A stretch of 64,000 bases of DNA from NCBI GenBank assembly GCA_000004695.1, contig CM000151.3, positions 416,001-480,000 of the forward strand. Direction: 5' to 3'. Both the position numbers and the translations under genes were made by a program. The stretch comes from Dictyostelium discoideum. Taxonomy: Eukaryota. The notes under the pieces are model-generated. The model saw only the letters and a program-made list of their open reading frames with translations, searched no databases and had not been told where the DNA came from. Shown one piece after another: positions 11,693 through 23,270 of the stretch (positions within the stretch are counted from its first letter, which is position 1; the number at the start of each line of letters is the position of its first letter).

Positions 11693-11831
11693 AAAAAAGA
11701 AAATGGAAACTGTGATACTGAACCTATTCCCTTATCAATAATATTATCTAATGATAATGAAAATACAAACGAAACCATCATAGAAACCAATAATAAAAGT
11801 GATACCAGCGGTAATGATAATAATAATAATG

Positions 11832-11866
<35 letters not shown>

Positions 11867-13366
11867 GAGAATAAAGAAAAAGAGCATCACCATCATAAAG
11901 TACCTATTTTTGCCTATGTAATATTAGGATTTGCATTATTAGCAATGTCAAGTAGTGGTGTTGCATTAAAATCAATTGAAGCACCGCCACTTCTTAAAGC
12001 AAGTTGGAGACTTCAATCAACATCAATATTATTATTTTTTGGATTAATCTATGAAGTTACAATGATTTATAACTTTCATAAAAAGATTATACAAAAGTTA
12101 CCAAAATCTTTAATTTTATTATTACCAAATAAAATTTCAATTATTTATAATAATTTTGATAAATTAAAAGAAGAAGAAGAACAAGAACAAGAACAAAATG
12201 AAGATGAACAAAATGAAACAAATTACAATAATCAAAAAAAAGAAATTGAAAAAGAAAAAAATAAAGAAGAAATTAAAATTAAATTATTTCAAAGGAAAAC
12301 TATTTTAATTTTACTTGGTACAGGGATAATCCTTGGATTTCATTTTTCATTTTGGATTGTAAGTGCGATTTTTTAATTTTTCATTTTAGGTCGTAGATGC
12401 GATTTTTTAATTTTTTAATTTAATTAATTTATTATAATATAAAGATATCTTTAGATAAAACCACTTTAGCTCACAGTTTATTATTTGTAACTTCATCACC
12501 AATTATGATAGTTTTGGTAATGATAATAAGAAGAGCACCAATTTCAAAAGGTGAAATTATAGGTTGCATTTTAGGTTTTATTGGATTAATAATTACATTA
12601 TTCGATTCTTTATTTTTTAATAATAATAATAATAATAACAATAATGATGATAGTATTGGTAGTGGTAGTGGTAGTAGTAGTATTGGTAGTGGTAAATCTA
12701 ATCAAAATCCAACAGTATATGGTGACTTTTTAGCATTAATGGGTGCAGTATGTATTGTTTTTTATTTATTTGCAGGTTCATTACTTAGAAAATGGATGCC
12801 ATTATTTTGTTATGCATTTCCTGTAACTTTTATAGCTTCAATATTCTGTTCAATTGCATCATTAATTTTTGAAGAAACAGATTTATTCATATTTGGTTGG
12901 GTTTCAAAATCTTTTATATTATTAACTTGTTATTTAGCTGGTAAGTTTTGATTTTTTATTTTATTTTCTTATCATTTTAAAATTAATTTAATTAACTTTT
13001 TTTTTTTTAAAAAAAATACAAATAAATTTAAAATAGTTTTCCCTGGATTTATTGGGCATACGGGAATGAACGCGATTATTAAATATATTGAACCTGTTGT
13101 TGTAAGAATTTTATTTTATTTTTAATTTTAGTTTTCTTTTTTTTTTCTTTTTTTTTATTTTTTTTTTTTTATTAATAATAAAACAATTTTTAAAAATTTA
13201 TAAATCTATAGATTAGTGTTACATTATTATTAGAACCTCCAATTGGATCATTAATGGGATACGTAGTTGGTGTTGAAGGTTTACCAACATTTTTTACATT
13301 CATTGGTGGTCCTTTCATTATTGGTGGTTGTTTATTAGTAACAATTTCATCACATCTCAGAAATAA

Positions 13367-13452
<86 letters not shown>

Positions 13453-13466
13453 CACAACAAAACTAA
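11690..13466 (+). CDS. DMT-superfamily (EamA-like) multi-pass membrane transporter with a C-terminal poly-Gln tail. Four exons: 11690..12358, 12445..12940, 13037..13101, 13212..13466.
   Basis: Three ORF-track pieces (11690, 12505, 13254) joined by GTAAGT donors at 12359 and 12941, GTAAGA at 13102, and acceptors aaag|12445, atag|13037, atag|13212. Phases are consistent (0,1,0). Translation gives about 10 hydrophobic helices with EamA-like GDFLALMGA and PIFAYVILGFALLAMS segments. Exons 2/3 read ...YLAG|VFPGFIGHTGMNAIIKYIEPVV|ISVTLLLEPPIGS. Confidence 0.7.
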
Positions 13467-13592
13467 ATATTAATAATAATAATAGTATAATGAATATTAA
13501 TAATAGAATAAAGAACAACACTAATTAATTTTACGATGTTGTCAAATTTCAATCTATTCATATGAAATTTTCTTCCAAAAAAGGTTTTATTC

Positions 13593-13642
<50 letters not shown>

Positions 13643-14035
13643 GAATTTTAAATAATTGATAAAAAAAAAAAAAAAAAAAAAACCAAATAAAAGTAGTATA
13701 AACCATTTCTTTTCTCAAACCTTTTAAAATCCTAAAAGCCTATCTTAATTAGGAAATAGCTATTTCCATATGGAAAGAAAAAAAAAAAATTAAAAAAATT
13801 AAAAAAAAAAATTAAAAAAATTAAAAAAAAAAAAATTTCGAAAAAGTTTCTAAAAATGGTAAAAAGAAAAAAAAAAAAAAATTTAGAAATTAATAATAAA
13901 ATGTATTTTTTTTTTTTTTCCTCTGTAATTATTTTCAAAAACAATAAATAATAAATAATAGATAAAAAAAATATCTAAACAAATTAAAATTTTTCAAATT
14001 TCAAATAAAGAAATAAAAATAAACCTAAAGAAAAA

Positions 14036-14353
14036 ATGAGAAGAAGAGGACCAATGAGAAGAGGACCAGTTATAGTTGCACCAAGAAGGGGTGTAGGTTT
14101 AGGTACATTAGCAGCTGGTGTTGGTGTTGGTATGTTAGCATCAAGTGCTTCACGTCCCCATTATGCACCTCCACCACCACCACCACCACAACAAGTAATT
14201 CATACATATCAACAACTACCTCCACAAGTAATTGTTCAACAACCAGGAGTTCAACCTCAAATGATATTCGATCCAGCAACAGGACAATACTATCAAGTTG
14301 CTCAACCACCTATTGTTCAAACTACAACTGTCCAAAATCCTTATGGATATTAA
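14036..14353 (+). CDS. Small (105 aa) Gly/Ala-hydrophobic then Pro/Gln-rich protein: MRRRGPMRRGPVIVAPRRGVGLGTLAAGVGVGMLASSA...PPPPPPPQQ...NPYGY.
   Basis: Isolated ORF that is not low-complexity-only. Local GC is well above the intergenic background. A 3'UTR-like AT-rich tail follows. No homology recognised. Confidence 0.45.
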   Translation: MRRRGPMRRGPVIVAPRRGVGLGTLAAGVGVGMLASSASRPHYAPPPPPPPQQVIHTYQQLPPQVIVQQPGVQPQMIFDPATGQYYQVAQPPIVQTTTVQNPYGY

Positions 14354-14598
14354 ACAAATTTGAACAAAACTAAATAATAATAATAATAATAATAGTAATA
14401 AAAAAAAAAAATTAAAAAAATTAAAAATTAAAAATTAAATCAAAATCTGCAAATTAATAAATAAATAAATAATAAATATTTTTAAAAAATTAAAATTTAT
14501 ATATATTTATATTTTTTTTTTTGTTTTAATACTTAAAAAATAAAAGAAAAAAATATATAATTTATTATTATTATCTAAGTTTTTTTTTTTTTTTTTTT

Positions 14599-16413
14599 TT
14601 ATGAATCTTCGCCAGTTAAATATTTGAGAGAAAGTTTTGCATTTTTAACAGCAGAAGGAACATCATCGAATTGAAGTGAACTGATTACCCATTTAGAATA
14701 TTTCTCAGCACTTGCTTTATCGGTATCAGATGGTGTATGATTTAAGTTCATTGACATATTGCCACCTCCACCGCCACCGCTCATTAATTGTTTTTGTTGT
14801 TGTTGAATTTGTTTTTGAAGTAGTTGGATTTGTTGTTGTTGTTGTTGAAGTTGTTGTTGTTGAAGTTGAATTTGTTGTTGTTTTTGTTCCACCTCATCTT
14901 GTAACATTTGATTTTGATGTTTTTGTTTTTGAATAGTTAAATTTTGTTGAGCAACTTGTTGTTGATATTTAATTAAAGCTTCATTATCATGACTATTGTG
15001 ATGTTGTTGTGGTGGTGACTGTTTATGTTGTTGTGGTGGTGATTGTTTAAATTCGTATGCTGGTGGTGGTGGTTGATTATATTCATTATTGTGACTATTT
15101 GAAGGGAATTTTGGGAATGAAGATGAAGTTGATTTTTGTTGTTGTTTTTCACTATAATCTTCCACTTCTTCTTGCTCTTCTTCTTCATCACTTTCAAATA
15201 CTTGTCTCTTTTGATTTGTAGAATTTGGAAATGTTGGGAATGATGGTTGTTGACTATTATTATTATTATTATTACTATTGGTTGGTGATGTGAAAGATGG
15301 GAAAGAAGGGAATGATGGTTGTTGACTATTATTACTACTACTATTGGTTGGTGAAGGTGTTGATGGAAATTTAGGGAAAGAAGGTGCGCTATCAGAATTG
15401 GTTGTTGTTGGTGGTGATGGGAATGATGGAAATGATGGAAATGCTGGTTTATTATTATTACTATTATTATCTGAATTAGTTGGTGATGGGAATGATGGGA
15501 ATGAAGGGAATGATGGTGTAGTATTATTATTATTATTATTATTATTTGGAATTGAAGGGAAAGATGGGAAAGAAAGTGATGATGACATACCTTCACTAAC
15601 ACTATTAGTTGTAATTATGGTTGATGATGACATATTATTATTATTATTATTATCTTGTTGTAAAGTTGCTTTTGCTAAATTTAATTCCATTTCTAATTGT
15701 TTCAATTGTGCATCCTCTTCAGTTTCTCCACTTGCTCCACCTTCTTCATTTTGGTCAATTGATGGTGGTGGTGATGGTGCAACACCGTTTTTAATTGCTG
15801 TATTGATATCAACAGATCTCCAACTTGCATACTTTTTCTTTAATTTAACTTCTTCACTAACTTCACCCATATGTTCTAAAACATTAAAAAATAAAAATGC
15901 TGAATAAAATGTTGTTGATGTTGCTCTAATAATTTAAATTTAAAAAAAAATATTAATAAATTTACTATTCATTTACTTTTTTTTACTTTTTTTACTTTTT
16001 TTTTTCTACATACTTATTTGCTTTACCGGCACGATCTTGAGTATCAGCAAATGAAAATGCTTTCATAGCAAATGCTTCTACATATTTTGCTTCATCTTCT
16101 TCATCTAATCTTGATCCTAATTTTGCTTTATCCTATATAAATTTTTTTTTATTAAAATTTATTTAAATTATTTTTTAAAAAAAAAATAAATAAATAAAAA
16201 ACTTACAGCATCACCTTGATCTAAAATTTTAACAATTGGTATACTAAGGAATGAACCTGATGCACCCATTTTTTGTTTTATATCCATTGCCATTTGTATT
16301 GCATGAACTCTACAATAATATGCCATAAGTAAATCATGTTTTTCTAATTGTTGTGATTGTTTTAAGTATGGTATAATTGGTTTTAATGCTGGTGGTAAAC
16401 TTGCTAAATCCAT
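14599..16413 (-). CDS. vta1: Vta1 (Vps4 cofactor, ESCRT-III/MVB pathway). Three exons: 16413..16207, 16132..16014, 15924..14599. N-terminal MIT-like region, long Q-rich and PSFPSFPSP-repeat linker, C-terminal VSL helix pair.
   Basis: Exon 1 (MDLASLPPALKPIIPYLKQSQQLEKHDLLMAYYCRVHAIQMAMDIKQKMG...) matches the Vta1 N-terminus (...AYYCRLYAMQ...). Exon 2 is DKAKLGSRLDEEDEAKYVEAFAMKAFSFADTQDRAGKAN (compare human ...MFLYADNEDRAGRFHKN). The exon 3 C-terminus ...AEKYSKWVISSLQFDDVPSAVKNAKLSLKYLTGEDS matches the human VTA1 C-terminus AQKYCKYAGSALQYEDVSTAVQNLQKALKLLTTGRE. Donors are gtaagt at 16206 and gtatgt at 16013; acceptors are tatatag and ttattag; phases 0/2. The true start is probably the second ATG (16413), not the poly-A-derived MQKKKKN extension at 16434. 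Confidence 0.8.
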
Positions 16414-16757
16414 ATTTTTTTTTTTTTTTTGCAAATAAATAAAGTTTGAAAGGGAAAATTAAAGTTATATATATATATAAATATATATAAATATTATATA
16501 TATAAATATATTAAAATAAAAGAATAAGAAAAAGAAAAAAAAAAATTGAAAAAAAAAAAAAAAAAAATTGATATTTGTAAAAAAAATTTAAATTAAATTT
16601 AAAAAAAAAAAATTAAATAAAAAAAAAAAAAAAAATAAAAATTAAAAAAGTGAGTAAAAACAAAACTCATTTTTTTGGGAGATTTAATATTTAGAAATAA
16701 AATATTTATTCTTTTTTATTATAATTGTATATATATATATATAAATAGTTTTTGAAT

Positions 16758-16788
<31 letters not shown>

Positions 16789-16795
<7 letters not shown>

Positions 16796-17745
16796 GTTGG
16801 TGTTAAAGTTAACATAATACAACCATGTGGTGGAATTAAAGAATCACTTTCATAAGATTCAGTAAAAGTTCCAAGATTTGTTTGAGTCCATAAATTTCTA
16901 ATTGATAATTGTTGAGATGGCTCCATCCAAATATTGCCCCATAATAATTCAATAGTGGCTGGATTAGTATCGGTATTGAATAAAACTACAGCTCTAGCAC
17001 CATTTGATAAAGGTTTAGCCCAAATTTGTTGTAAACCACCATTATATGATTTAACCAATGATCCTTGTACACCTAATGGATCTTGATTAATTGCAATGAC
17101 TTCAGAGGCTGTTAAAATTGATAATGTCTCTTGATCAATATCAATCAAGTCACATCCTGCAATGAGTGGGGCATTCAATAAGGACCATAAGGAAAAGTGT
17201 GACACGTACTCTGTGTTGGACATACCACCATTGCCAACCATCATCATGTCAGGGTCGTTGAAACCACCGATACCCGAGAAGGAGGTGATTGGTGCTTGTG
17301 CCATAAGGTTGGAGAGCATGCTGTCCCAATTGTCTTTAATATCTGGTGTAGTTCTCCAAGAGTTGCCGACACTCATACCAAAAGTCCAAGGATTCTCATA
17401 ACCCCAATCACAGAGTGAAAAGAACATTGGTCTACCAGTTGCATTTAATGCTTGTGACATAATTTGATAACGTTGTTGTGGATTCTCCAATGTAGCATAA
17501 CACCAATCTTCCTTAACATAATCAATACCCCATTCTGCGTAAGTTTGTGCGTCATTAGCTTCATATCCATAACTACCAACTCTCTTTTGACATGTTTCAG
17601 TACCAGCATCAGTATAAATACCAATCTTTAATCCTAAAGAATGTATATAATCTGCAACATATTTAATACCATTTGGGAAATTAGTTGGATCACTTAAAAA
17701 AAAAAAAAAAAAAAAAAATTAGGATATTTTTTTTTTGGGAATTTG

Positions 17746-17780
<35 letters not shown>

Positions 17781-18039
17781 CTTACGCATAAACAGTACCA
17801 TTTGGATATCTACCACCAGCCCAACAATCATCAATGTTAACATATGTATAACCAGCGTCAGCCATACCATTTGATACCATTGCTTTGGCAGTGTTCATGA
17901 TAACGGATTCATTGATATTACATGCATAGAAATTCCAACTACTCCAACCCATTTGTGGTGTTAAAGCTAAACCATTATCCAAAGCATTTACTGTTGCTAA
18001 TGCAATTGTTGCTAATAAAGTTGCAGCAATTTTCATCAT
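16789..18039 (-). CDS. Glycoside hydrolase family 27 alpha-galactosidase / alpha-N-acetylgalactosaminidase with signal peptide. Two exons: 18039..17786 and 17692..16789.
   Basis: Exon 1 [42 protein letters not shown]...YVNIDDCWA is the canonical GH27 N-terminus (LDNGLARTPPMGWNSW...DDCW). Exon 2 has [34 protein letters not shown]...[11 protein letters not shown]...[11 protein letters not shown]...[13 protein letters not shown]...AINQDPLG. Donor gtaagt at 17785 (phase 2), acceptor ttttaag|17692. Confidence 0.9.
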
Positions 18040-18641
18040 TTTTTTTTTTTATTTTATTTCTTTAAAAAAATTTAGAATGAATAAAAAATAATAAAAAAAA
18101 AAAAAAATGAAAAAAAAAAAAAAATAAAAAAAAATTCAATTTTAACTTTTTTTTTATAAAATTGATTGAAAATATCTAAATTTTATTTTTTTATTTTTTT
18201 TTTTTTAAATTTCAATTTTATTCACAAGCATGGTATCCCAATCAAAAATACTGGTGGGAAAAATGAAAAAAACCAAAAGATATTACAAACAAATCGGTCA
18301 AGCTTGAAGAAAAAAAAAAAAAAAAAAAAAAAATGAAAAAATGAAAAATAAATAAATCACTAAAAAAAATAAAAAAAAAATTTAGTAACAAAAGATATTT
18401 TGATAACAATTGTTGGAAACGTCTTAAAGTCGAACTTAATTTTTTTTTATTTTGTTATTTGAAAATGATGATGATGGCATTATTTTTATTTTATTTTTTT
18501 TTATTTTTTTTTAATTTTTTTTTTTTGACACTTTTAAAATTTTCAAGACGTCCAAAAAATTATTTTTTTATTTACGAATTTTTTTTTTTTTTCCTCTAAA
18601 GTTAATCATTACACTGTTATAATATTTACTTCTTATTTAGA

Positions 18642-18675
<34 letters not shown>

Positions 18676-18922
18676 AAATAAAAAATGATAATAAAAATAA
18701 AAAGATAAAAGTATAAAAAATAAAAAAAGATAATATTATTAATTATAATAATAATAATAACCAGGCGAAAAATAATAAAATTAAAATAAAATAATAGTCA
18801 AAATGAAAAAATAGGTTATTTTCAAACAGAATTCCTAAAAAAAAAATAAAAAAAAAAAATAAAATAAAAAAATAAAAATATATTAGGGGAAAATAGTAAA
18901 CACACAATTTTGGTGAAATTAT

Positions 18923-18957
<35 letters not shown>

Positions 18958-19144
18958 GGTTTATTAAGCTATAATTCACCTGATTAAGGTGGGCATCACC
19001 GCGGCTTTATCACTATTTTGTGTGTGAAAGCATGCTTTGAATATTTCAGCCAACATTCAAAATTTTTTTTTTTAAAAAAAAAAATTTTAAAAAAAAATAA
19101 AATAAAAATAAAAATAAAAAAACAATAAATAAAAAAATATATTT

Positions 19145-19191
<47 letters not shown>

Positions 19192-19996
19192 GTTAATTTT
19201 ATTTTTATTTTTTTAATTTATTTTTTTTTTTTTTTTTTTTCATTACATTTAATTCTGTTCTATTCCTTTCTCAACAATACTTTTTTGTTCATTTTTCCCA
19301 AAAAAAAAGAACAACAACCTTTTTTTTCATATTTTTTTTTATAGTTCGCCGATTTCCCAACCTTGTTTTTTTTTTTATTTTATTTTATTTTTTTTTTTTG
19401 TTCATTTTTCCTTTTTCTATTTTTTTCAATATTTGCTCTTGTGTTTAAAAAAAAAAAATAAAATAAAATAAAAACACTCACAAAAAGTATACCACACACA
19501 CCCACTCAAACAGTATCAATCATTATTATAATTTAAAAAATTAATTTTATTTAAATTAAAATAATAAAAATAATAAAAATAATAATAATAACAAAAACAC
19601 AAAAAAAAAAAAAAAAAAACAAAAAAATAAAAAATAAAAAAAAAAAAAAATTTATTATAATTGTCAATAATAAATTTGTTACTACTATACTCAGCAACAT
19701 ATATATTAAATGTTAATTTAAGTGTGATTTTTTAATTTTTATTTATTTTATTATTTTAATTTATTTTTTTTTTTTTTATAAAAAAAAAAAATAATTTAAT
19801 TTTTTTTTTAAGTACAAATTACATTTATAAAAAACACTCTACACTATCAAGTTTTTATTTTTATTTATTTTTAGTAGTTACACCATTATATATATTTTAA
19901 TATATGTATAAAAAAAAAAAAAAAAAAAAAACAATAATAACAAAATAATAAAATAATAAAATAAACAATATATATTTAAATAATAAATAATCAAAA

Positions 19997-22658
19997 ATGT
20001 TTAGGAATAATAATAACGATAATAATAATAATGATAATGGCTTTGATGATGAAAATAAAGGTATTTTCTTAGATAGTAAGATAGAGATTAGTGATGAAAC
20101 GTCATTAATTCATAAACCTTATCATGATGATTACGACGAAAATGGATTAATCAATAATAATAATAATAGTCATAATAATAATAATGGTGGTAACAATAAC
20201 AACCATGGTCCATCAAAAGTTACTCATAGAAGAGGTAAACATACATTCACAGAAGCAGATAAATTAAAAATGACAAAATTTGAAGTAAGTAAATAATTAT
20301 AATAATTATAATTATATTATAAAATTTTAATAATTTATTTATTTATTTATTAAGAGTTTAGATTTTCCAATTATTGATAATCAAATTTATAGAGAATATA
20401 TAAGAAGGACATCAAAATTAAATCATATGTTAAAAACATTTGGTAAATGGATAATTTGTTTTATGATTGGTGTATTAGTTGGTATAACGGCATATTTGGT
20501 TAAACAAAGTGTTGAATTTGTAAATGAATTCAAATTTGATCAATCAGGAAAATATTTAGAAGATGAAAGAAAGTTTATAGCATTTTTAGTTTATTATTCA
20601 ATCAATATATTATTTGGTGTTAGTGCATCATTGGTTATTATACCAGTGGGTCAAATCGCATCGGGTTCAGGTATACCAGAGGTAAAGGGTTATTTGAATG
20701 GTATACGTATTCCTCAATCGATGAATGTGAAAACATTGGTTGGTAAATTGGTGTCATTAATACTCGCCTACTCTAGCGGACTAATATTGGGACCTGAGGG
20801 ACCGATGATTCACATTGGAAGTATGTTGGGTGGAGCAATTGGCCAAGTTAAATCAAAAACATTGAAATGGTATCCCAAGGTGCTTTGGAAGTACCATAAC
20901 GACCGTGACAGAAGAGACTTCATATCAACTGGTGCTGCTGCTGGTGTCGCCGCTGCTTTTGGTGCACCCATTGGCGGTGTTTTGTTTGGCTTTGAAGAGG
21001 CTTCATCATTTTGGTCACGTCAATTAACTTGGAGAACTTTCTTTGCTTGTTTAATCGCCACATTCACCACCAATATCATTCTACAGGGTTTCGATATGCA
21101 ACTTCATGACTATGGTGTATTGAAATTTGGTCTCTCCAATAAATATCTTTACAAATATTCAGAGTTAATTCCATTCGCATTGATAGGTGTTGCAGGTGGT
21201 TTATTCGGTGCATTATTTGTCAATTTAAATGCACATTTATCTCAATGGAGAAGTAAATTCTTTGCAAATAAAAAGATTTATTTACGTGTTTTAGAGGTTT
21301 TCATTTTAATTACAATTACATCAACCATTTTATATTGTTGTGCAGCTTTTACACCATGTCGTTCAAAAACTCAGGCAAATGGTTCACAAACAAATTCTTT
21401 AGATACCTCATCCTCCTCAATTTTATCATCATCAGGTGATAATTCAAAAAATTCAACAAAACTTTTTAAATTATTAAATAATGCAAGTGGTGAAGATAAA
21501 CAAGAAGATAAATTCATTGCATTCTTTTGTGAACAAGGTGAATATAATCAAATGGCAGGTTTATCATTTAATAGTTTAGATGCAGCATTACGTTTATTAT
21601 TTAGTACAAGTACCGATATTTTCACAATACCAACTTTAGCAGTATTTTCCTTGATTTCATTCATTTTAACTACAATCACTAGTGGTTTAATGTTGGCAAG
21701 TGGTTTATTCATTCCAATGATGTTAGTTGGTGCTACCTTTGGTAGATTGGTTGGTCAAGTGATTGCATTATTCGTATCTGTGGATCCATGTATCTATGCT
21801 TTGGTTGGTGCTTCAGCTATGATGGCAGGTTTTTCACGTATGACCATTTCCTTGGCAATTATTATGGTGGAATTAACAGAGGGTACACAATATATGCTTC
21901 CTGTGATCTTATCAGTTATGATTGCCAAATGGGTTGGTGATTTCTTTAATGAATCCATTTATGAACATTTAATTGAACAGAAATGTTATCCATTCCTTCA
22001 ATCACAACCTCCAAAATCAATGATCAAATTGGGTGTAGTCGATATTATGAAGACTGAAGTCGTGACATTGCATGAGGTGGAGCGTGTTAGCAAGGTTATT
22101 GAAGTATTGAAGTCAGAACAACATTTCCACAATGGCTTCCCAGTTATTGAACGTCCAAGACCACTCGATCCAAATAGGAAGGATGCTTATGGCAATTTAG
22201 AATACTATGAAGATGAAACCACCTATAGTGGTTTAATATTACGTAATCAATTGATTTGTTTACTCTATTATAGAATCTTTTGTCATGAACAACCATTACC
22301 TCAAAATCCACGTTTACTTGGAGGCAATTCAAATAGACGTTACAATCAACGTCGTTTTGGTCGTCCAACCGAATATGGCTACGCTCCTGCTGATCCAAGA
22401 ATGACCTATGAACTAATGACTCAATCATTGGCAAGACATTTCCCACCAATCGATAAAATGAACCTTAAAAAAGAAGAGATCGAAACAATGTATATCGATC
22501 TTAGACCCTATATGAATCTAAGTACAATCGTTGCAAATGAAACTTATTCCTACTCGGAAACTTATTCAATTTTTAGAACTATTGGTCTTAGACATTTACC
22601 TGTTGTAAATAAAAAGAATGAAGTTGTTGGTATTGTAACAAGAAAAGATCTTTTATAA
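19997..22658 (+). CDS. CLC-family voltage-gated chloride channel / Cl-/H+ antiporter with two C-terminal CBS domains. Two exons: 19997..20284 and 20355..22658.
   Basis: Diagnostic CLC motifs GSGIPEVKGYLNG and GPEGPMIHIGSMLGG, plus GAPIGGVLFGFEE. The CBS pair lies in the last ~200 aa (...GFPVIERP...LRHLPVVNKKNEVVGIVTRKDLL). Poly-Asn N-terminal exon. Donor GTAAGT at 20285, acceptor ttaag|20355, in frame. Confidence 0.9.
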
Positions 22659-22889
22659 AAATTAAAAAATAAAAAAAAAAAGAAATATAAAAAAATAAAA
22701 TAAAACAATTAAAAAATAATAATAATAATAAATAATAAAAATAAAAAGATATTTTAGTTAAAAGTAATTTAAAATTGTAAAGTGTTTTTTATTTATTTTA
22801 AAAAGGTAAGATTGATTGATCACCTTATTTTTTTTTTTTAAAAAAAAATAAAAAAAAGTTTAAAAACAACATGAGTTACAAAATTGTTA

Positions 22890-23270
22890 AAAAAAGATGA
22901 TGAACAAATATGACTCTAACGACTTGTGTGAAACTACCTTGGAAAGTGACATAAAATGCTTTTTCATCCTTTTATTAGTTCAATCATAATTACTATGGGA
23001 ATTAATGGTATTTTTTTTTTTCTTTTTTAAAAATTAAAATTTGGAATGTTGGTACCGTTTGGCTCACTATTTAAATTGAAAAAAATAGTGATTCTTTTAT
23101 AGTACTCGGGATCTCGGTATGTTTTGGCGAAAATATCACATCGCGAAATTGCTAGTAACTTATCGATGGCAAAAACAATCCTTGCTTTTTGATCTACCTT
23201 TTTAATTTTTTAAAGCATTGTTTTAATATTATCTTTTGAAAACTTAATGTTATGGGTCAAATATTCGTTT
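22890..23270. other. GC-elevated (~35-40% GC vs ~12% flanks) non-repetitive island without an ORF longer than 26 codons, between the CLC 3' end and the next gene. Candidate ncRNA, UTR exon or conserved regulatory block.
   Basis: Composition shift is evident by eye (…ggtaccgtttggctcac…actcgggatctcggtatgttttggcgaaaatatcacatcgcgaaattgctagtaacttatcgatggc…). No tRNA/snRNA consensus recognised. Confidence 0.3.

Noticed and set aside
14973-15907. His/Ile-rich ORF 14973..15602 (minus) and ORF 15344..15907 (plus) overlapping the vta1 last exon, plus 14070..14309 and 14712..14936.
   Set aside because: Alternative or antisense frames of a repetitive coding exon. The Vta1 frame has homology support.
16414-16434. 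ORF-track N-terminal extension MQKKKKN on vta1, and [16 protein letters not shown]… on orphan copy B (35394..35561).
   Set aside because: Upstream ATG/poly-A read-through of a 5'UTR. The conserved protein begins at the downstream ATG.
17162-17401. Plus-strand ORF inside the alpha-galactosidase exon, and similar internal antisense ORFs (4351..4557, 4522..4713, 4747..4938, 4850..5110, 5149..5358, 9368..9553, 22144..22449, 25568..25819, 27729..27920, 27960..28151, 30830..31024, 31094..31276, 33803..33997, 37054..37347, 37253..37480, 38078..38323, 40246..40428, 41026..41214, 41275..41460, 41706..41918, 42128..42331, 45608..45796, 50983..51174, 53255..53458, 53269..53454, 54646..54897, 55476..55682, 56531..56719, 59168..59362, 61536..61745, 61863..62150).
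   Set aside because: Embedded in or antisense to well-supported longer genes. No independent evidence.
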